Shown: positions 18,050-27,470, counted from the stretch's first letter. The stretch: 64,000 nt of DNA from Coriobacteriia bacterium (GCA_009777935.1 WRKU01000005.1:4102-68101); one strand, 5' to 3'. Numbers and translations: made by a program. Notes: generated from the letters alone by a model not told the origin.

Positions 18050-19406
18050 AGCGGTTCACCCCCTCGACAAAACGGTCAAGTTCGGCAGCGTTGCGACGCT
18101 CGGTTACGGCAACGAGCAAGACATCGTCGGCCACCACGATACCCGGCAAAATGCCCTGTACCACGAGTGTATCGTAGAGCTCCGCGAGACTGCCCGGCCC
18201 CGTATAGCGCACCGCAAACTCGTAACTGCGCACAGAAGCTTCATCGGTATCGACCGAGGAGATATTAAACGGCGCAAAAGAGTCCGTTGCAATAAGGCGC
18301 TCATAGAGACTCCGAGCACCCTCGACGCATCTCTGTGCCACGGCGGCAAGCCCGTCGGCCCCGTGAAACGTCAGGTATGCGCCGGCTGCGAGTGCATTGA
18401 GCGCATGGTTAGAGCATATATTTGAGGTCGCCTTTTCGCGTCGAATGTGCTGTTCGCGCGTCGCAAGTGTCAGGACAAATCCGTCAGCACCATCTGCATC
18501 ACAGGTGCGCCCTACGATGCGTCCGGGCATCAAGCGCATCAGCCTTTCGGTCGCACAGAGATATCCGAGTCCCGGTCCCCCAAAGCTCATCGGCGAGCCA
18601 AAGCACTGCGCTTCCCCACACACGATATCGGCACCGAGCACGCCCGGACTCTCCCCGAGTGCAAGGAGCAAAGGATTAGCACACACAATCGCAAGCGCCC
18701 CTATCGCATGCGCGGATTCGACGACCTTCGCAACATTTTCGTAGATGCCATAGTAGTTCGGATAGCCTATGAGTATCGCTGCAACGGTGTCGGAATCGAC
18801 GACGCCATCGGCACTGTCTGTGCCTATCGCACACATTTTCTCGATTGAGGCGACGTGCGTCTGCATCAGTCCGCTCTGCGCATAGGTTGTGAGCACCTCA
18901 AGATACTGCGGATTGAGCGTCTCGGCGGCTACCACTACCGGGCGTTTGCCACGCGCGTGACGCACGGCCATCAGTGCAGCTTCGGCGAGCGCCGTCGCAC
19001 CATCGTACATCGACGCATTCGAGACGGCCATCGCGGTCAGACGACACATCGCCGTCTGATACTCATAGATTGCCTGCAGCGTCCCTTGGCTCGCTTCAGG
19101 CTGATAGGGCGTATAGGCCGTAAAGAACTCAGGACGGCGCACAATATGGTCGATAAACGCCGGAATATGGTGGTCGTAACATCCACCGCCAGCAAAGCAT
19201 ACAAGCTGTTTGTTTTCAGCGGCCAGCTCCCCCACGTGGCACACGAGCGCAATCTCGTCCATGCCACCTTCGATAGCGAGCGCTTCGTGCAGGCGAATCT
19301 CGGAGGGTATGTCGGCGATAAGCTCGTTACACGATGCGACACCTATCGCATTGAGCTGCACAGCGCGCTGCTCGTCGGTGATACTTCTATAGTCCAGGCG
19401 GCTCAT
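18030..19406 (-). CDS. gcvPA: Glycine dehydrogenase (decarboxylating) subunit 1
   Basis: F.GGG.Y.H.IP and EFFTAYTPYQPE.SQG motifs. Start ATG 19406 is preferred over the TTG at 19460. Confidence 0.93.
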   Translation of the reverse strand: MSRLDYRSITDEQRAVQLNAIGVASCNELIADIPSEIRLHEALAIEGGMDEIALVCHVGELAAENKQLVCFAGGGCYDHHIPAFIDHIVRRPEFFTAYTPYQPEASQGTLQAIYEYQTAMCRLTAMAVSNASMYDGATALAEAALMAVRHARGKRPVVVAAETLNPQYLEVLTTYAQSGLMQTHVASIEKMCAIGTDSADGVVDSDTVAAILIGYPNYYGIYENVAKVVESAHAIGALAIVCANPLLLALGESPGVLGADIVCGEAQCFGSPMSFGGPGLGYLCATERLMRLMPGRIVGRTCDADGADGFVLTLATREQHIRREKATSNICSNHALNALAAGAYLTFHGADGLAAVAQRCVEGARSLYERLIATDSFAPFNISSVDTDEASVRSYEFAVRYTGPGSLAELYDTLVVQGILPGIVVADDVLLVAVTERRNAAELDRFVEGVNRYAASAR

Positions 19407-19447
19407 AGGGCAAGGTTCATGTGAGAAGGTACATTCGACGCGACGAC

Positions 19448-19834
19448 CTATGCCTCGCAAAGCTCGCAGTAGGCAGGAGTGTCGAGCAGCTCGTCGAGTG
19501 CAAGATCACTAAACTTAATGCGCGCAATCCAACCCTCGCCATAAGGATCGCTATTAATGAGATCAGGCGTCTCCTCAAGTGCCGTGTTTACCTCGACGAC
19601 GACGCCGTCACCCGGCATAAAGAGCTCGCTGACGCTCTTAACGCTTTCGACCTCGCCGAACGGTTCACCCGCGCTCAAAGATGCACCCTCATCGGGTAGT
19701 TCTATGTAGACGATGTCGCCGAGCTGCTCTTGCGCAAACTCGGTGATGCCAACACGTGCAGTATCGTCCTCAATCTTAACCCACTCATGATCGCTCGTGT
19801 AGAGACGATCGTCCGGGTGCGTCGAAGTTGCCAT
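19448..19834 (-). CDS. gcvH: Glycine cleavage system protein H
   Basis: YT.DHEW and lipoyl-lysine motif EVESVKSVSEL. Confidence 0.95.
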   Translation of the reverse strand: MATSTHPDDRLYTSDHEWVKIEDDTARVGITEFAQEQLGDIVYIELPDEGASLSAGEPFGEVESVKSVSELFMPGDGVVVEVNTALEETPDLINSDPYGEGWIARIKFSDLALDELLDTPAYCELCEA

Positions 19835-19903
19835 GTGCGTCGTGCTCCCTTCGCGTGTTTCATCCTACGTGCGTCGCGCCTACGTGTATTGCGCGGTCCC
19901 TCG

Positions 19904-21031
19904 CTATCTAGTATACGGCGGTTTCACGACAACGCCGGTAACCGATTTTTTACGGATATCGACCGTGACCTCAGTATCGGGCTCGGCAAAGCGGGTCGGC
20001 AGATACGCCGTTGCCATACCAAAACCGTACGTCGGCGAATGTGAGCCACTCAAAACACGGCCAATCTCTGTACCGGCCCCATCTGTGACATCGTTCGCAC
20101 GCACGATGCTCCCCTGTCGCGGAATGCCACCCTCGACCTTAAGGTGCACCAGTCGTTCCTCGACGGTCTCGGCGCGTGCACGGGCGACGGCCTCAGCACC
20201 GATATAACCGGTCTTGTCGGCCGGGCAAACCCACCCGAGGCCGGCTTCTATCGGATTGCGGGTTTCATCCATATCGGTACCATAAAGCGGATAGCCCATC
20301 TCCAGCCGCAGAGTATCACGCGCCCCCAGCCCAACCGGAGTGACCTCGGGAAAGGAGAGAAGGGCGCGCCATAACGTCGCTGCATCATCGGCGCGTACGA
20401 TAAGCTCGACGCCGTCCTCGCCCGTATATCCTGTGCGCGCTACGAGCGCCGGTATGCGCTCATCGAGCATCGCTGCCACCAGATGAAAACGTGCCGGTGG
20501 CTCAAACTCCTCGCCGATAAGTTCACTGAGAATACGCAACGCCTCTGGCCCTTGTAGCGCAAGAAGCGCGGTACGGTCCGATTCATCGACGATCTCGACG
20601 TCATCGGGTGCGTGATTACGCAGCCACGCAAGGTCGATGACACGGTTTGCTGCATTCGCAATAATCATATACTCGGCGCCGGTATGGTAGACGATGAGGT
20701 CATCGAGGATACCGCCCTCGTCATCGAGCATCAGGGTGTACTGCGCGGCACCGACATCGGCGATACGCGCGAGATCGTTAGTAAGGAGCCGCTGCAAGAA
20801 GGCATATGCACCCTCACCGCTTATACGAAACTGCGCCATATGTGAGACATCGAAAAGCCCGGCACTCGTTCGCGTTGCATTGTGTTCCTCTATAAGTGAC
20901 GTGTACTGAAGCGGCATCTCGTAGCCGGCGAATTCCACCATACGTGCGCCAAGCGCAATGTGCTCGTCATAGAGCGGTGTGCGTTGAGGTTCCGTGATGG
21001 CGTGTGCTCCCGCGTCTGTGGTAGCGCTCAT
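19904..21031 (-). CDS. gcvT: Glycine cleavage system aminomethyltransferase T
   Basis: RTPLYDEH...GA.MV.FAGYEMP..Y and GLFDVSHM motifs. Confidence 0.95.
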   Translation of the reverse strand: MSATTDAGAHAITEPQRTPLYDEHIALGARMVEFAGYEMPLQYTSLIEEHNATRTSAGLFDVSHMAQFRISGEGAYAFLQRLLTNDLARIADVGAAQYTLMLDDEGGILDDLIVYHTGAEYMIIANAANRVIDLAWLRNHAPDDVEIVDESDRTALLALQGPEALRILSELIGEEFEPPARFHLVAAMLDERIPALVARTGYTGEDGVELIVRADDAATLWRALLSFPEVTPVGLGARDTLRLEMGYPLYGTDMDETRNPIEAGLGWVCPADKTGYIGAEAVARARAETVEERLVHLKVEGGIPRQGSIVRANDVTDGAGTEIGRVLSGSHSPTYGFGMATAYLPTRFAEPDTEVTVDIRKKSVTGVVVKPPYTR

Positions 21032-21033
21032 CG

Positions 21034-22257
21034 TTACCCCTCCCCGTTTTCACCGAAGATTGAGCGATAGGTATGGACAAAAAACGCTCCGATGCGCTCG
21101 AATATGCCGGGCTTCTCGATATCTTCAAGTGACACCAGCGGAAGACGTACGAGTGCTTCACCGTTCTGGCTCAAATCGATCCACCCGACGACAGTGCCGG
21201 TCGAGACCGGCGCGCGTGCAAAGGCCGGATCGACGACAACCTCATGCTCGACCGGCCCAAGAAGATCGTTGGAGGCAACGATGACCGGTTCCTGTACCCC
21301 CGCGCGCAGTGCACGATCACGATAGTTACGAACCGGCACCTTCGTCAACTCGGTATCGGCCCCAAAGACCTCGCGTGGGGCATAGTGGGCGAAGCCGAAC
21401 TCAAGGAGCGTCGCCGACTCAGCGAAACGCTCGGTGCTCGTCATCGCACCGAGCACCACGCCATAGAGTTCGATCTCACCGCGTGTTGCGCTTGACGCGA
21501 GACAGTATCCAGCCGCATCGGTTGAGCCCGTTTTAACTCCATTGGCGCCGTCAAACATAAAGAGCAGCTCGTTCGAACTTCTGAACGGGGTACCGGCTTG
21601 GTCGTTGAGATACTGAAGTGCAACAATACGACGAAATTCGTCATTTTGCATCGCATGCGTAACTAGCGTAGCCACATCACGGGCCGTCGAATGGTTGCCG
21701 CCTTCATCGAGCCCATGCGGGTTAGTGAAAAGGGTATCGTTCATACCGATCTCAGAGGCCTTGTCGTTCATCAGCTCGACGAATGCCTCTTGTGTCCCCG
21801 CAACGGCCTCAGCAACGGCGGCGGCCGCATCGTTACCCGACCACACTATCGTCATCTCGATAAGCTCGCGCAACGTGAGCTTCATGCCGGGTGTAAGCCA
21901 CGCCGTTGACTCGACAGACGAGCGCGTCGTTGCCGTAGATGAAATCGTATACGTCGTGTCGAGAGTGCCACGCGCCTCCCCCACCTCGAGCGCAACGAGT
22001 GCGGTCATTACCTTCGTGATGCTTGCGATGGGTAGTTTTTCGTCGGGAAGGCGGCTCCATATGAGCGTGCCGTCGTCGGCAACAAGAATGCCGGCAACGA
22101 CATCGAGGTCGGGCATTTGGCTAGCATCGAGACCTCGCTCAGCATAAGGGATGCCATCGATGGCATCGCCGGAATCGACCTGCGCAAAAGCTGCGGCCGG
22201 GATACTCGCGCATAGCAATAAGCTGGCAAGAACAATCGTCGCAAAGCGTCTAGGCAT
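21034..22257 (-). CDS. Serine-type D-Ala-D-Ala carboxypeptidase (S11, PBP5/6-like)
   Basis: Signal peptide (MPRRFATIVLASLLLCASIPAAAFA), SxxK (SITKVMT), SGN and KTGST motifs. ATG 22257 follows a GAGGA RBS. Confidence 0.85.
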   Translation of the reverse strand: MPRRFATIVLASLLLCASIPAAAFAQVDSGDAIDGIPYAERGLDASQMPDLDVVAGILVADDGTLIWSRLPDEKLPIASITKVMTALVALEVGEARGTLDTTYTISSTATTRSSVESTAWLTPGMKLTLRELIEMTIVWSGNDAAAAVAEAVAGTQEAFVELMNDKASEIGMNDTLFTNPHGLDEGGNHSTARDVATLVTHAMQNDEFRRIVALQYLNDQAGTPFRSSNELLFMFDGANGVKTGSTDAAGYCLASSATRGEIELYGVVLGAMTSTERFAESATLLEFGFAHYAPREVFGADTELTKVPVRNYRDRALRAGVQEPVIVASNDLLGPVEHEVVVDPAFARAPVSTGTVVGWIDLSQNGEALVRLPLVSLEDIEKPGIFERIGAFFVHTYRSIFGENGEG

Positions 22258-22669
22258 TAAAATCCTCAAGCTCCACGATACGGTAGCCTGCCGTTTCAAG
22301 CACGACGGTCGCCTCCGAATCACTCAAACGAAAGACGGTAACGGCGTCGCTGCAGCTTGGGTGCACAAAACAGTAGCAGTATGAGATATCGATAGAGGCC
22401 TCGGCAATCGTATCGAGCAGATCGCTTAAGCCCCCCGGACGGTCGGGAACGGCGACGGCGCAGACCTCGTGAACCTGCGCAGTAATGTCACGGTCACGTA
22501 ATGTCTGCGCCGCGGCATCCGGGTCGTCACAGATGACACGCACCACGCCGTAGTCGGCGGTATCGGCCGTCATGAGTGCGTACATATTGTGTCCTGCTTC
22601 ACCGAGCAAGCGCGTCATGCGTGCAAGATGACCGGGGGCATTCTCCAAAAAGACCGAAAGTTGCTTCAT
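22250..22669 (-). CDS. ACT domain-containing protein
   Basis: Two ACT-like halves (LSVFLENAPG.LA......). This is the usual partner gene downstream of paaK-type ligases. It overlaps both neighbours by a few nt. Confidence 0.75.
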   Translation of the reverse strand: MKQLSVFLENAPGHLARMTRLLGEAGHNMYALMTADTADYGVVRVICDDPDAAAQTLRDRDITAQVHEVCAVAVPDRPGGLSDLLDTIAEASIDISYCYCFVHPSCSDAVTVFRLSDSEATVVLETAGYRIVELEDFNA

Positions 22670-23988
22670 CGCTTCTCGCCCTCCTCTTCTGCGTTGCGCA
22701 GATCGACGAGGCGCTGTGCCTTGCCTTCGCTACGCGTAATAGTACCGGACTCGACGAGTTTAACACGCACACTGATAGCGAGTGCCGAGGCCAGCGCATC
22801 CTTGACGATATTTGTAATACGTTCGAGCGAACGTATCTCATCGAAATCGACCTGTGGGTCAAGTTCGACACGCACTTCAACGTCGTCAAGTGCACCTTTT
22901 TTGCTCAGCACGATCTGATAGTGTGGCGCAACCTGTGCAACATCAAGGAGTACCTGCTCAATTTGAGACGGATAGACGTTTACCCCACGAATAATGAGCA
23001 TATCGTCGCTACGTCCGGTAATACGTTCGAGCCGTCGTGTCGTACGCCCACAGGCGCAGTCGCCGGCAACGATGCGACTGATATCACGCGTCCGATAGCG
23101 TAGAAGCGGAATCCCTTCTTTGGTGAGCGTGGTAAACACAACTTCGCCGTAGGTACCGTCGGCAACCGGTGCAAGCGTTTCAGTGTCGAGTATCTCGATA
23201 AGGAAATGGTCTTCGTTGATATGAAGTCCGTCGTGTTCGTGGCACTCGAACCCGACCCCGGGACCGAGTATCTCAGAGAGTCCATAGATGTCGAACGCTT
23301 CGAGCCCAAACGCTTCCTCAATCTGAGCACGCAGAGCGTTACTCCATGGTTCGGCACCGAAGATGCCAAAGCGAATGGGCAGCTCGCGTAGATCTACGCC
23401 CAGTTTTTGGGCAGTTTCGGCGATGAGCACTGCGTAGCTCGGCGTGGCCGCGATGCCGGTGACCCCAAAATCACGCAGAATCTGAATCTGGCGCTGCGTG
23501 TTACCACCCGAGACCGGGATGGCTGTCGCGCCCAGATGCTCGGTACCGTAATGGAGGCCAAGCCCCCCGGTGAACAGGCCATATCCGTACGAAATCTGCA
23601 TAATATCGGCAGCCGTCGCCCCGGCAGCGTCGAGTGCGCGCGCCACGAGACGCGACCACATATCGAGATCACGCTGAGTGTAGCCAACGACGCTAACCTG
23701 CCCTGTCGTACCGCTTGAGGAATGAACGCGCACGATATCATCCATCGGTGCGGCAAACATCTTGTAGGGATATGCGGCGCGCAGATCGTCTTTTACGGTA
23801 AAGGGCAGCGATGCGATGTCACCGACCGTGTTTATGCTGGCCGGATCGATGTCAAACTCATCGAACTTCTTGCGATAGGTATCAACGTGGTCATAGACGT
23901 GCCTACAGAGTTTGTGTAAAAGATCGGCTTGCACCACGTCACGTTCTTCGCGTGACAGGCATTGCTCGCGTTCGTCCAGCATCTGCAC
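22666..23988 (-). CDS. paaK: Phenylacetate--CoA ligase family protein (PaaK / F390 synthetase-like)
   Basis: AMP-binding SSGTTG, YGLSE, the TRDI..... motif, and [11 protein letters not shown]. Confidence 0.9.
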   Translation of the reverse strand: MQMLDEREQCLSREERDVVQADLLHKLCRHVYDHVDTYRKKFDEFDIDPASINTVGDIASLPFTVKDDLRAAYPYKMFAAPMDDIVRVHSSSGTTGQVSVVGYTQRDLDMWSRLVARALDAAGATAADIMQISYGYGLFTGGLGLHYGTEHLGATAIPVSGGNTQRQIQILRDFGVTGIAATPSYAVLIAETAQKLGVDLRELPIRFGIFGAEPWSNALRAQIEEAFGLEAFDIYGLSEILGPGVGFECHEHDGLHINEDHFLIEILDTETLAPVADGTYGEVVFTTLTKEGIPLLRYRTRDISRIVAGDCACGRTTRRLERITGRSDDMLIIRGVNVYPSQIEQVLLDVAQVAPHYQIVLSKKGALDDVEVRVELDPQVDFDEIRSLERITNIVKDALASALAISVRVKLVESGTITRSEGKAQRLVDLRNAEEEGEKR

Positions 23989-24006
23989 TCCTTCATGTAC
24001 GAAAAA

Positions 24007-24083
<77 letters not shown>

Positions 24084-24157
24084 ACGCTGAGGTATTAGGA
24101 TAGCACAGACTCTTTTCTTGCAAAATTTTTCTGCAACTTTTCTGCATCGCTCTCTTG

Positions 24158-24168
24158 TGTGTTATACT
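24158..24168 (+). promoter_or_regulatory. Putative extended -10 promoter (TGT-TATACT) for the riboswitch-led operon
   Basis: TGTTATACT lies just upstream of the riboswitch. The -35 is weak. Confidence 0.35.
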
Positions 24169-24171
24169 CGG

Positions 24172-24405
24172 ACCCACAAGAGAGGACATCTCGGTCAAGG
24201 GAAGTCGGGTGTAAGTCCCGTGCGGTACCGCCACTGTGATGCGGCTCAGAACTATCAGGAGCCGCTAAGCCAGAGAACTTGTCGAGAAACGTGTTGCACA
24301 GGCAGCGAGTTACTGTAGGTGCGGCTTGGGGACCGGTGTCAAATGGTTCCCAACTTATGAAGTAGCAAAAACGGGCTGCGTATCTTTCGAGGTGCGCAGT
24401 TTTTT
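24172..24405 (+). promoter_or_regulatory. Cobalamin (adenosylcobalamin-type) riboswitch with terminator expression platform
   Basis: Conserved core GGTCAAGGGAAGTCGGGTGTAAGTCCCGTGCGGTACCGCCACTGT, hairpin GCGGCTC...GAGCCGC and B12 box AAGCCAGAGAAC. This is followed by CTGCG...CGCAG + TTTTTT. Confidence 0.8.
24376..24405 (+). terminator. Candidate riboswitch-controlled intrinsic terminator
   Basis: CTGCG(24376-80)/CGCAG(24395-99) stem followed by T6. The stem is short and the loop long, hence moderate confidence. Confidence 0.45.
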
Positions 24406-24473
24406 GTTGACACGGTCTTCTGCTTGGCGTCAGGTACCCGCTAGGGTACAACGGAAACGACAGGAGGAAGACT

Positions 24474-26705
24474 ATGGAATTCGACTGCAGGAAAAACCGT
24501 CGCAAAAAAACTACGGCACTTATGATTATGCTGGTGTTCTGCATAAGCCTATTGCCCTATGGAGCATGGACCGAAGTGGCCGTTGCGGGTTCGGGCGATG
24601 GTGAAGCCACACTTACCATCGTATTTGGTCTCGGTCTCGACGGATCACCCGACGTAGCGGTCAACAAAACCTATAGCTTTGAGGAAGGTGCCACGATTGA
24701 GGATTTGCTCGATGCAGCGGTTGTCGCCGGCGACCTTACCGGCTACGCACTTGACAGTGGCGGGTTTCCTCACTACTTCACCAAAACAGGAGGCACTACG
24801 CTCCAAAATGCCAGTAATTTTGCTACTTATTGGGCAACCTTTATCGATGGTGGTTATTTTACCGGCTCGGGCAATCTGAGGACAATAAAACTCGTCGATG
24901 GTTCTGCTTATCAGTTTGCTTGGGATAGTTTCCCGACGGCCACCGCGCCCAGCTGGAATTTGCTCGACCCACCCGATATTGATATCTGGGATGTTGTAGG
25001 CGGTGGAGCAGCGGTAGGGCGCGCGACTGCCACAGTCGTCTACGGTATCGACAGCACCGATATGCCCATGTTTGCCGGTCCTGGCCTGCCTATCGTAATC
25101 ACTAACATAAGCTACGAATTCTCTGACGGTGCAACAGTCGCCGACTTCTTTGAGCTACTCGAAGAAGACGGAGAAATCAACAGCTATACGTTTGACAGCA
25201 ACGGATATCTCAGTTCGCTATCGTTTTATGGGGGCATATTCTCTGCCACCAATGCTGCTGATTTTTCGACTTATTGGTCAACGTACGTTAACGGTGATTA
25301 CTTCGGCGGCGGTACCGGGGGTATTGAGGCAACAGAACTTCAGGATGGATACGTCTACCAGTTTGCCTGGGAGAGCTTCCCCACCGCCACTCCCCCTCAA
25401 TGGAACACGATCCCCGCACCTACTCCTGGTGGTGGCAGCGCGCATGGTGGCACGGGTGGTTTACCGGATACGCCACCTGCCTCTCTACCTGGTAGTGCTC
25501 AAGCGACGTTCAACACCTTGCTTGCCAACATCTCGACACGTTTTGCCTATACCGGTGATGACTGGAAAGCACTGAGCATGGCGGCCATCGGCAACGCCGA
25601 TGCTGTTAACCAAAACGCTATCATCGCTAACGCCGTTGCGGCCTATAATGACCCGGATGCCACCAATCTCCAACGCAGTATTCTCGCGGTCACGGCGCTC
25701 GGTATCGATGCTAGGAACGTCGTGAGTGACAACACCAGCTATAATCTCATCGAGGCACTTGCTAACTCAAGTACATCCTTCAGTGGCCCGAATGCACAAA
25801 TGTTTGCGCTACTTGCCTACGCCAGCGGCCCCTATGTGCCATCGGTAACGAGCAATCCCGGAGTTGAAGAACTCATTGACAATATTCTCGCCGCCCAGAA
25901 CACTGACGGTGGTTGGACGTGGTTCGGGAGCACCTCTGATGTCGATATGACTGCGATGGGAATTTTGGCTCTCGAGCCGTATCGCGCGGACGATCCACGC
26001 ATAGAAGAGGCAATTCAGACGGCGCTTGTTACCCTCTATGACATGCAGGCCGAACATGGTGGTTTTGAGTCGATGTGGAATCCCGGCGAGATTGATGTGA
26101 GCTCAACAGCGATGGCCATCATCGCACTCTCGGCCATCGGTGTCGATACGCAGTCATGGGTAGTCGGTGCAGGTGCGCACCTACCCACCTGTCCTCACCG
26201 CGCTCCGGAACATTCGCTCGTCGCTGCACTCGACGCAGCCTTCGAGGCGATGCGCTCGACCATACAGATCTCGGTCGCCGGTGCGAGTACCGGCGCACAG
26301 ACACCACTCAGTGCGCTGCTCTCCCAGGCAAACACCTCACTAACCGGTTTTCTCTTCAACGGTGCGACGAACGATATGGCAACCGAGCAAGGCTTTCTTG
26401 CCCTCGTTTCTTATCAGGGCTTTCTGAACACCGGTCAGCCCTTCAACATCTACACGCAGGCACGTTCGGGTGCGGCAACGTTTCCCATAAACGTCACGAC
26501 CGATACGACCAATACCATCGTTGTCGAGAGCGCGGTGCTTGATGTCGACAGCTCGAACGGCGTGAACCCTGTGACGGGTGACAACCTGCTGCCTCTCATG
26601 ATGGCGCTGCTCGTTCTTGCGATTGGCTCATCGTTTCTGGTAGCGGGCACGGCGCGTCGTACCGCCCTGCACCCTCTCGGACAGAGAGAACACGGAGACA
26701 TCTGA
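24474..26705 (+). CDS. Secreted, probably wall- or membrane-anchored protein: 2x DUF4430-like beta domains + prenyltransferase/terpene-cyclase-like alpha/alpha toroid; putative surface cobalamin-binding protein
   Basis: AGGAGGAAG RBS and signal peptide. Two about 125-aa repeats end in Q(F)AW(D/E)SFPTAT.P.WN. Toroid repeats include QNTDGGWTW, QAEHGGFES and DVSSTAMAIIAL. The C-terminus has NPVTG, a hydrophobic helix and ARR. It is the first gene after a B12 riboswitch. Confidence 0.75.
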   Translation: MEFDCRKNRRKKTTALMIMLVFCISLLPYGAWTEVAVAGSGDGEATLTIVFGLGLDGSPDVAVNKTYSFEEGATIEDLLDAAVVAGDLTGYALDSGGFPHYFTKTGGTTLQNASNFATYWATFIDGGYFTGSGNLRTIKLVDGSAYQFAWDSFPTATAPSWNLLDPPDIDIWDVVGGGAAVGRATATVVYGIDSTDMPMFAGPGLPIVITNISYEFSDGATVADFFELLEEDGEINSYTFDSNGYLSSLSFYGGIFSATNAADFSTYWSTYVNGDYFGGGTGGIEATELQDGYVYQFAWESFPTATPPQWNTIPAPTPGGGSAHGGTGGLPDTPPASLPGSAQATFNTLLANISTRFAYTGDDWKALSMAAIGNADAVNQNAIIANAVAAYNDPDATNLQRSILAVTALGIDARNVVSDNTSYNLIEALANSSTSFSGPNAQMFALLAYASGPYVPSVTSNPGVEELIDNILAAQNTDGGWTWFGSTSDVDMTAMGILALEPYRADDPRIEEAIQTALVTLYDMQAEHGGFESMWNPGEIDVSSTAMAIIALSAIGVDTQSWVVGAGAHLPTCPHRAPEHSLVAALDAAFEAMRSTIQISVAGASTGAQTPLSALLSQANTSLTGFLFNGATNDMATEQGFLALVSYQGFLNTGQPFNIYTQARSGAATFPINVTTDTTNTIVVESAVLDVDSSNGVNPVTGDNLLPLMMALLVLAIGSSFLVAGTARRTALHPLGQREHGDI

Positions 26706-27457
26706 TGCGTGCGCCTATCGAAACCCTAAAAGCATCCTTTGCGCCCGAACGCCGAAAGTACACGCTCTTCATCTTGGGACTTGTGCTTCTTTTGGTATGC
26801 TTCGCGTTGCTCGGCGTTACGAGTACCTTTCAGCGGCGTGCCGAAGCACACAATCGAGCGCAGGAAGCCGCTGAACGTCACAAACAGGAAGTACGTAATC
26901 GCGCAAAGGAAGATATATCGGCCGTTGACTCAGACGAAGAAGGTATGCATCCCGATTCTTCGGCAGACGAGATGGCCGATAGTTCAGCCGACAGCGCACG
27001 TAGCTCGCATGTTGACGGCAGTCGTGGTGCTTCGGCCTCGGGCGGCAGTGCGCCAGATACGGCCAGCGGCACTACACCGTCCGGTGGTGGCGACTCCGCT
27101 TCGGCCTCGGGCGCTTCGTCTGCTCCCCCACCGGCACCGGCAACTATTACCGTCTCAGTGACCGTCGACGGCTCTCGTGCGGCGGGCTATTCTGCCACGA
27201 TGGTCTCCCAGTCGGTTACGATACGGCAAGGGGCATCGGTCTACGATGCACTTGCCGCAACGGGTATCGCGGTCGGCTGGTCAAGTGGCTATGTACGTGC
27301 TATCGGAGGCCTTGCCGAGTTCCAGTTTGGTGCAGGCAGCGGCTGGGTATACTTCGTCAACGGTTCGCGTCCGGGTATCGGTGCGGGATCATATATCCTT
27401 CATGGAGGCGAGAGTATTCGATGGGTCTATACGCTCGACTTCGGAAACGACCTGTAG
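26705..27457 (+). CDS. Membrane-tethered DUF4430 domain protein (putative cobalamin-binding)
   Basis: N-terminal TM anchor, about 90-aa Ser/Ala/Gly/Asp-rich linker, and a C-terminal DUF4430 pattern (ITVSVTVDG...YDAL...GYVRAIGGL.E...G..SGWVYFVNG...G.GAGSY.L..GE.I.W.YT.D.G.DL). Its ATG overlaps the upstream TGA (TGATG). Confidence 0.8.
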   Translation: MRAPIETLKASFAPERRKYTLFILGLVLLLVCFALLGVTSTFQRRAEAHNRAQEAAERHKQEVRNRAKEDISAVDSDEEGMHPDSSADEMADSSADSARSSHVDGSRGASASGGSAPDTASGTTPSGGGDSASASGASSAPPPAPATITVSVTVDGSRAAGYSATMVSQSVTIRQGASVYDALAATGIAVGWSSGYVRAIGGLAEFQFGAGSGWVYFVNGSRPGIGAGSYILHGGESIRWVYTLDFGNDL

Positions 27458-27470
27458 AAGCTACATCTCC

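Noticed and set aside
19835-21033. Looked for a glycine riboswitch ahead of the gcv genes
   Set aside because: gcvT is preceded by the carboxypeptidase gene with a 2-nt gap, and the gcvT-gcvH spacer (about 70 nt) is too short and lacks the tandem aptamer core. No riboswitch is supported.
24095-24544. 149-aa minus-strand ORF covering the tRNA-to-operon spacer
   Set aside because: The region is better explained by the plus-strand promoter, cobalamin riboswitch and terminator. The ORF has no RBS and no coding-like composition.
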